Assembly (NCBI GenBank): GCA_964566225.1
Contig: CAZMHV010000003.1
Coordinates: 6,658-70,657 of the forward strand
Origin: an uncultured Gammaproteobacteria bacterium
Lineage (GTDB): Bacteria; Patescibacteriota; Patescibacteriia; Magasanikbacterales; UBA922
Length of the DNA stretch: 64,000 nt
Reading direction: 5' to 3'
This document shows positions 57,990 through 64,000 of this stretch, piece by piece (position 1 is the first letter of the stretch; each line of letters begins with the position of its first letter). Both the position numbers and the translations under genes were made by a program. Below the pieces are notes generated by a model, which was given only the letters and a program-made list of their open reading frames with translations, did no database searches and was not told where the DNA came from.

Positions 57990-59267
57990 GTGTCAGTGCT
58001 TTCTCTCAAACGTTTGTTTCATAGTGCCAAGGCAGATAATTTTATTACGAGCAGTATGGTGCTTTTTGCGGGGTCTGTGCTTGTAGGTGGGGTGAACTAT
58101 GTATACCAGTTTTTGATGGCTAGAATGTTGCCTGTAGATAAATATGGTGAGCTCCAGTCACTCTTGGCAATTTTAGCGGTTATCGCTGTATTTAGTAATG
58201 CTATTTCTTTTATCATTACCAAGTACAGCGCTGACTTTGCTGCAAAACAGGAGTGGCATAAAGTCTATTCTCTCGTAATTGTTTTTTCTCAAAAAATTTT
58301 TCTTGCCTCTGGGATTGGCTTGATTGTGTATGTGCTCTTGAGTGGTCACATTGCCACATTTTTAAACTTATCTTCTCGTTTTGAGGTCATTTTGCTTGCG
58401 GTAGCACTTATTTTTGGATTTACCAGTTCCGTAACCTTGGGTATTTTGCGTGGTTTAGAAAAATTTAAAGAAGTTTCCCTCATCTTATTTTGTATAGCCT
58501 TAGTGAAACTTATTTTCTCTCTTTTTTTGTTAAAATTAGGGTTATCTGTTGATGGAGCGGTAGGTGCGGTAGGAATTGCCGCGGTGGTAGGGTATGGTAT
58601 TTCTTTTTATCCTATAAAATTTTTATATGGTAAAAAAAGAGAACCTGTGGGTGGCAAAAAAATATTTATTTATTCACTTCCAGTCTTGGCTTCACTGTTA
58701 TTTACCACACTTCTTTGGAGTATGGATATGATTTTAGTAAAGCACTTTTTTGCCTCAGAAACTGCGGGGGAGTATGCTGCGCTCTCTATGCTTGGGCATA
58801 TTCTCTTTTTTGTACTTGGTCCTATTGGTTTAGTTATGTTCCCTCTGGCCGCCAAAGCTGAAGCAAATAATGAGTATCCTGCAAAGATTTTAAAAAAGGC
58901 ATTGTATTTGACGGTTATTCTGGGATTCCTCCAAATTTCTTTTTTTTCCCTTTTTCCTCAATTGGTAATTCACTTTTTAGTGAGTGATAAGTTTCTTTCA
59001 CTTGTTCCGTATGTTGGGTGGTTTACTTTTTCTATGTTGTTGTATTCATTGGTAACTCTCATATCCAGTTATTTTCTTGCCGTTGGTAAGACAAAAAGTG
59101 TATGGATTCTTTTTTTGGGTGCCTTGACACAAATTATACTCTTGGTTCTTTTTCATGATACTATGTGGAATATTGTGTGGGTTATGAATGGTTCTCTTTT
59201 GTTTACTTTAGTACTTCTTATTGGGTATTTTATTCGAATCTACTATTTATGTCCTCGCCAAAAATGA
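57990..59267 (+). CDS. Wzx-like polysaccharide flippase
   Basis: About 12 TM segments, NYVYQFLMARML..YG, MDMILVKHF; start approximate. Confidence 0.85.
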   Translation: MSVLSLKRLFHSAKADNFITSSMVLFAGSVLVGGVNYVYQFLMARMLPVDKYGELQSLLAILAVIAVFSNAISFIITKYSADFAAKQEWHKVYSLVIVFSQKIFLASGIGLIVYVLLSGHIATFLNLSSRFEVILLAVALIFGFTSSVTLGILRGLEKFKEVSLILFCIALVKLIFSLFLLKLGLSVDGAVGAVGIAAVVGYGISFYPIKFLYGKKREPVGGKKIFIYSLPVLASLLFTTLLWSMDMILVKHFFASETAGEYAALSMLGHILFFVLGPIGLVMFPLAAKAEANNEYPAKILKKALYLTVILGFLQISFFSLFPQLVIHFLVSDKFLSLVPYVGWFTFSMLLYSLVTLISSYFLAVGKTKSVWILFLGALTQIILLVLFHDTMWNIVWVMNGSLLFTLVLLIGYFIRIYYLCPRQK

Positions 59268-60220
59268 TTTCTATAGTAGTTCCAGTTTTCAATGAAGAAC
59301 AAAATATTGTTCTTTTTTGTGATGCTTTTTTTCAAATGTGGCAAAGTCTGAAAGAAAAATATTGCTATGAACTAATTTTTGTAGATGATGGAAGTACTGA
59401 CGGTTCTGCGGAAGTACTCGAACGTTTTTCTCACCAGTATGAAAATTTGCATTTTTTGCAATTTTCGAGAAATTTTGGAAAAGAAACCGCCCTTTCTGCG
59501 GGCATTGATGCGGCACACGGGGATGCGGTTATCATGGTTGATGTGGACTTACAGCATCCACTTTCTCTGTTTCCTCAGTTTATCAAAAAATGGGAAGAGG
59601 GAGCAGAAGTGGTGGTTGGGGTGAGAGAAAAAAACTCAGGCGAGGGAATTATTAAAAAATATGGATCTATTTTGTTTTATACAATAATGGATGCTATTGG
59701 TGAAACACGAATCACTCCACGTGCCACTGACTATCGGTTGATAGATAAAAAAGTTGTAAGGGAATTTCGTCGATTTACTGAGCATTCGCGTATGACTCGA
59801 GGCCTTATTGACTGGCTTGGGTTTAAAAGGGACTATATCTCGTTTGTGGCTGACGCTCGTAGGGGAGTAGCTCCTGCACGGTATAGTAAAATTAAACTTT
59901 TGAGGCTTGCTTTGAGTACCTTTATCTCACACAGCTTGTTTCCTTTGAAGCTCGCAGGTTATTTGGGTCTTTTTATCACAACTGTTTTTGGGGGTATAGG
60001 AATCTTTTTGTTGCTTGGAAGATATGTCTTTCAAAATCCGTTTGCTCTGAGTTTTACGGGAACGGCTCAGCTGGCAATTATGATTCTTTTTTTGGTAGGG
60101 GTTATTCTGTCTTGTCTCGGTCTTGTTGCTTTGTATATTGGTACCATAAATGACGAGGTTTCAAATCGTCCACGATATGTGATTCGTAAAGATTCACGGG
60201 AATTTTACGATCAAAAGTAG
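59249..60220 (+). CDS. GT2 polyprenol-phosphate glycosyltransferase (GtrB-like)
   Basis: SIVVPVFNEE, VDDGSTD, FSRNFGKE, DVDLQHP, two C-terminal TM helices, NRPRY. Confidence 0.9.
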   Translation: MSSPKMISIVVPVFNEEQNIVLFCDAFFQMWQSLKEKYCYELIFVDDGSTDGSAEVLERFSHQYENLHFLQFSRNFGKETALSAGIDAAHGDAVIMVDVDLQHPLSLFPQFIKKWEEGAEVVVGVREKNSGEGIIKKYGSILFYTIMDAIGETRITPRATDYRLIDKKVVREFRRFTEHSRMTRGLIDWLGFKRDYISFVADARRGVAPARYSKIKLLRLALSTFISHSLFPLKLAGYLGLFITTVFGGIGIFLLLGRYVFQNPFALSFTGTAQLAIMILFLVGVILSCLGLVALYIGTINDEVSNRPRYVIRKDSREFYDQK

Positions 60221-60221
60221 T

Positions 60222-61337
60222 ATGAAAATACTCTGGTTTACGTGGAAAGACAAGAAACACCCCCTGGCCGGTGGTGCCGAGACCATAAATGAGGCTATTT
60301 GTGAGCGTTTGGTGCTTGCAGGACATGAAGTAACCTTGGTTGTGGGTAGCTTTTTGGGTGCCCCAAAAGATGAAATGGTTCGTGGCTATCGAGTTATTCG
60401 ATTAGGAAGTCGTTATACTGTCTATATACAAGCGTATTTGTACTACAAAAAAAATCTCCAGGGTTGGGCAGATGTGGTGATTGATGAAGTAAATACCATG
60501 CCATTTTTTTGTAAGTTGTATGTCCGTGAAAAAAATATACTGTTTATCCATCAACTCTGTCGTGAAATTTGGTTCTATCAAATGATATTCCCATTTTCAC
60601 TCCTTGGCTATATTTTTGAGCCAGTGTATTTGAGACTCTTAAAAAACCAAGTTGTTTTTACTATTTCACAGAGTACAAAAAGTGAGCTCATTCGTTTTGG
60701 ATTTTCTGCTCAAAAAATACATATTCTTTCAGAGGGAATTGAAATTTCTCCGCTTGAACAACTTTCTGAATCAGTGGATAAATTTCAACCTATAACGCTT
60801 CTGTCACTTGGTTCATTGCGTCCAATGAAGCGAACCTTGCATATTGTAAAAGCTTTTGAATTTGTGAGGGCACGGGGTTATGTGATACAATTAAAAATCA
60901 CTGGTGATGCAACAAGCCGTTACGGAAAAAAAGTCTTCAAATATTGTCAGTCATCAGCTTATAAAAATGAAATAATTTTTTTGGGGCGTGTCACCACGGA
61001 ACAAAAAATTGAGTTGCTCCGTAATTCTACGTTACTCTGTGTAACTTCGTTAAAAGAAGGCTGGGGACTCGTCGTGACCGAAGCCAATAGTCAAGGTACT
61101 CCTGCTGTAGTGTACAATGTAGATGGACTTCGTGATAGTGTTCAAGACAGTGTAACTGGTTGGACCTGTAAGTCCAATACTCCTCAAAATTTAGCAGATC
61201 AAATCGTGAAAGCTATTTCTGATAGAAATCAGTATATACAAATAAGAAAATCAGCATATAATTGGAGTGTACAAATTACGTTTGAAAAAAGTTTTCAAGA
61301 CTTTTTGTATGCACTCGAGTCTCTAAAAAATGTATAA
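60222..61337 (+). CDS. GT4 glycosyltransferase
   Basis: HPLAGGAE, KEGWGLVVTEANSQGTP. Confidence 0.9.
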   Translation: MKILWFTWKDKKHPLAGGAETINEAICERLVLAGHEVTLVVGSFLGAPKDEMVRGYRVIRLGSRYTVYIQAYLYYKKNLQGWADVVIDEVNTMPFFCKLYVREKNILFIHQLCREIWFYQMIFPFSLLGYIFEPVYLRLLKNQVVFTISQSTKSELIRFGFSAQKIHILSEGIEISPLEQLSESVDKFQPITLLSLGSLRPMKRTLHIVKAFEFVRARGYVIQLKITGDATSRYGKKVFKYCQSSAYKNEIIFLGRVTTEQKIELLRNSTLLCVTSLKEGWGLVVTEANSQGTPAVVYNVDGLRDSVQDSVTGWTCKSNTPQNLADQIVKAISDRNQYIQIRKSAYNWSVQITFEKSFQDFLYALESLKNV

Positions 61338-61350
61338 TCTTTTGACTTTC

Positions 61351-62175
61351 ATGTCACATCCTCTCGTTTCAGTCATTGTCCCAACCAAAAACTCTTCTCG
61401 TACTTTGGGGGCTTGCCTCCAATCGCTTCAGTTGCAAACCTATACTGCAATAGAAGTTATTGTCGTTGATAATTCGAGTACTGATACTACACCTGATATT
61501 GCACATCAATACACCAGTTTATTTTTTACCAAAGGCCCAGAAAGAAGTGCGCAAAGAAATTTTGGAGCAAGCCAAGCAAAAGGTAAATATACGGTCTTTA
61601 TTGATAGTGACATGAAATTGTCCAATACGGTTATTGAAGATTGTGTCAAAATAATGGAAAGTAACAAAGACTTTTCAGGGGTCATTATCCCCGAAGAGTC
61701 CTTTGGACAAGGATTTTGGGCGCAATGTAAAAAGCTTGAAAGAAGTTTTTATGTTGGTGTTGACTGGATGGAGGCCGCAAGATTTTTTCGAACCACTGAT
61801 GTTTTGAAAATAGGTGGATACGATGAACGGCTGCTCAGTGGTGAAGATTGGGATCTTTCAGCCAAAATGGAACGTTTTGGAAGTTTTGCACGAATACCTT
61901 CTTATATATATCACGATGAAGGAGTTTTAAAACTTTGTTCAACAATTCAAAAGAAATTTTTTTATGCAACAGAGTTTCGCAAGTATCTTGATGTAAATAA
62001 AAAAAATCATCATGTATTACGACAGGTTCATATTTTTAGTAGATATAAATTGTTTTTTTCTCAGCCCAAAAAATTATTTCAAAATCCTCTCATTGGTATT
62101 GGAATGATTTTTATGAAGACCTGTGAATTCTTTTTTGGGATTTTTGGGATTCTTTTTGCAAAATACAAAAAGTAA
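61351..62175 (+). CDS. GT2 glycosyltransferase
   Basis: VSVIVPTKN, VVDNSSTD, FIDSD, GGYDE, EDWDL. Confidence 0.9.
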   Translation: MSHPLVSVIVPTKNSSRTLGACLQSLQLQTYTAIEVIVVDNSSTDTTPDIAHQYTSLFFTKGPERSAQRNFGASQAKGKYTVFIDSDMKLSNTVIEDCVKIMESNKDFSGVIIPEESFGQGFWAQCKKLERSFYVGVDWMEAARFFRTTDVLKIGGYDERLLSGEDWDLSAKMERFGSFARIPSYIYHDEGVLKLCSTIQKKFFYATEFRKYLDVNKKNHHVLRQVHIFSRYKLFFSQPKKLFQNPLIGIGMIFMKTCEFFFGIFGILFAKYKK

Positions 62176-62198
62176 TAACATTGTCTGTTCAAATTTGT

Positions 62199-62897
62199 AT
62201 GAAAAACGTTCTTGATCAAAAACCAACATTAGATTTACCGGCACGTCTCCAAGGCTGTGCTGACTTTGTATCAGACACGGATATTTTGGGTAAAACGGTG
62301 TTAGATGTGGGGTGTGGTTTTGGTTCATTTGTACTGTATTTGCTTGAAAAAGGAGCGACTCAAGCGACTGGCGTTGAAATTACTGAGTCTGATATAAAAA
62401 CGGCCAAGCAAAATATTCATTCAGAAAAAACTAATTTTTTAGTAGGGAGTGCAATTCAAATTCCTGTTCCGGATAATTCATTTGATACGGTGGTAAGTTT
62501 TGATGTTATTGAACATATTCCCAAACATACTGAGCCTCAGATGTTTTCAGAAGTAATGCGAGTACTCAAGCCAGGGGGATCATTTTATCTTTCTACTCCT
62601 TTTCAATCCGTGGGTTCCAATATTTGTGATCCCGCATGGTTTGTGGCAGGGCATAGGCACTATAGCCAAAAAGAACTCCAAAAATTTGGATCTGATCAGG
62701 GATTTTTTTGTGAGTTAGTGGAAACCAGGGGAGGCTGGTGGAGCTTTTGGGGAATTTTGAATATGTATATTTCCAAATGGATATTTCGTAGACCCGTATT
62801 CTTTCAAGAATTTTTTCAAAAAAAAGAAACTCGAGAGTATTTGAAGAACGGTGGATTTATCAATATTTTAGTGCATTATAAAAAACCTTTGTTATGA
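62199..62897 (+). CDS. Class I SAM-dependent methyltransferase
   Basis: VLDVGCGFG, FDTVVSFDVIEH, RVLKPGG. Confidence 0.9.
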   Translation: MKNVLDQKPTLDLPARLQGCADFVSDTDILGKTVLDVGCGFGSFVLYLLEKGATQATGVEITESDIKTAKQNIHSEKTNFLVGSAIQIPVPDNSFDTVVSFDVIEHIPKHTEPQMFSEVMRVLKPGGSFYLSTPFQSVGSNICDPAWFVAGHRHYSQKELQKFGSDQGFFCELVETRGGWWSFWGILNMYISKWIFRRPVFFQEFFQKKETREYLKNGGFINILVHYKKPLL

Positions 62898-63319
62898 GTC
62901 AATTTTTACAAAATTTATACCAAAGCGCAGTAGACTTGAATCATAAAAATATATTTGAACTTTTTAAAAAGAATCCAGGTGCTCGATTGTTAGATTTAGG
63001 ATGTGACGATGGTGTGCTCTCAATCCGAATGGCAGAAGCGGTTGGAACAAAAAATATTTTTGGTGTAGAAATTGTTGCCGAGAGTGCTGCCCAGGCACGG
63101 CTCAAAGGAATTACGGTAAAAGAATTTGATATCAACAATACATTTGATCTGGAAGATAATTTTTTTACTATGGACGAACCATTCAGCGGTACCGTAAAAA
63201 GAATAAACAAATATCAAAAACACAGTTTTTGTTTTTTCGACCATCTTTTAAAAAAATACAAAAAGAGCTCCGTCCATCGTCAAAATTATTTATCTATTTT
63301 TATTTATATTTATTTATAA
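62894..63319 (+). pseudogene. Truncated class I methyltransferase
   Basis: LLDLGCDDG present; similarity stops after EDNFF (~63166) where the D..IEH motif is expected. Confidence 0.65.
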
Positions 63320-63381
63320 AATATGCGGCTGGTCTTTGTGGTATGCTCATGGGACCTCCAAAGAGTTTAAGATAACCCTCT

Positions 63382-64000
63382 ATGAAAAATTTTACAGAGT
63401 TTCTCTCCAATCGAAAAACAGCCTCAGACTTCAATGCTCGTCTGAAAAATTTTATTGAACAATATAAACTTTATGCCAAAGATAAACCTCAAAAATTAAA
63501 ACTGCTCGATGTTGGTTGTGGAACTCGTTGTGAACTCTTTACTCACAAACGTCCACAGGATACTTACACTGGATGTGATTTTTATGATAATGTTGATGCT
63601 CCTATTGATGGATACAAAAAAATTAACTTAAATGATCAAAAGCTAACAGATGTTTTTCCGGGAGAAACATTCGATGTTATTTTTTGTGGAGAGGTTATTG
63701 AGCATTTGTTTAGCCCTGACACCCTCCTGTCGGAAATAAAATCACTCATGCATAAAGATACTATTTTGATCCTTTCTACTCCCAATCTCGCATATTATTT
63801 AAATCGTATTATGCTTTTGTTTGGAATTTCTCCTTTTTTCCTTGAAAATTCATCAGAACAAAAGTTGGGAAGATTTTTTAAATTTTTGGGACAAGGAAAT
63901 GTTACCGAGGGGCATATCCGTATGTTTACATTCCGAGCATTAAAAGATCTCTTAGCACTTCAAAAATTTGAGATTGTAACGATAAAACCTGTGTACTTTT
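63382..64000 (+). CDS. Class I SAM-dependent methyltransferase (3' truncated by window)
   Basis: Hand translation MKNFTEF...LLDVGCG...FDVIFCGEVIEHL...LSTPNL...GHIRMFT. Confidence 0.88.
   Translation, partial: MKNFTEFLSNRKTASDFNARLKNFIEQYKLYAKDKPQKLKLLDVGCGTRCELFTHKRPQDTYTGCDFYDNVDAPIDGYKKINLNDQKLTDVFPGETFDVIFCGEVIEHLFSPDTLLSEIKSLMHKDTILILSTPNLAYYLNRIMLLFGISPFFLENSSEQKLGRFFKFLGQGNVTEGHIRMFTFRALKDLLALQKFEIVTIKPVYF

Noticed and set aside
1-64000. Alternative genetic code (TGA as Gly or Trp)
   Set aside because: Conserved genes are uninterrupted in code 11 and TGA ends normal-length ORFs such as the CDF transporter

Overview
Low-GC bacterial chromosome segment in standard code 11, most likely Patescibacteria/CPR (no uL30 between rpsE and rplO, starts mostly lack a Shine-Dalgarno). 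1-12.9 kb: S10/spc ribosomal protein cluster, secY, adk, map, ribB, yqgF, recO, rpmG and tRNA-Trp. tRNA-Trp is followed by three integrase-less cassettes (12.9-18.1 kb), each ending in a related att-like repeat. Next come a flavinylation operon (FMN-binding protein, ApbE, RnfD/NqrB-FNR fusion), an ABC-F ATPase, a GC-rich lipoprotein gene with structured UTRs, and membrane/ion genes. tRNA-Asn (29437-29508) is preceded by a poly-Asn leader peptide with a complete 1:2/2:3/3:4 attenuator layout. Its 3' end is the insertion site of a 9318-bp serine-recombinase element (type III RM, Rep-like protein) present as a tandem duplicate, whose integrase changes its C-terminus on integration. Behind it lie an older recombinase remnant and cargo (Dsb proteins, CDF transporter, TIR + caspase resembling type IV Thoeris, RmuC). 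A surface-polysaccharide cluster runs to the window end. All calls come from reading the sequence and recognising motifs; no searches were run.
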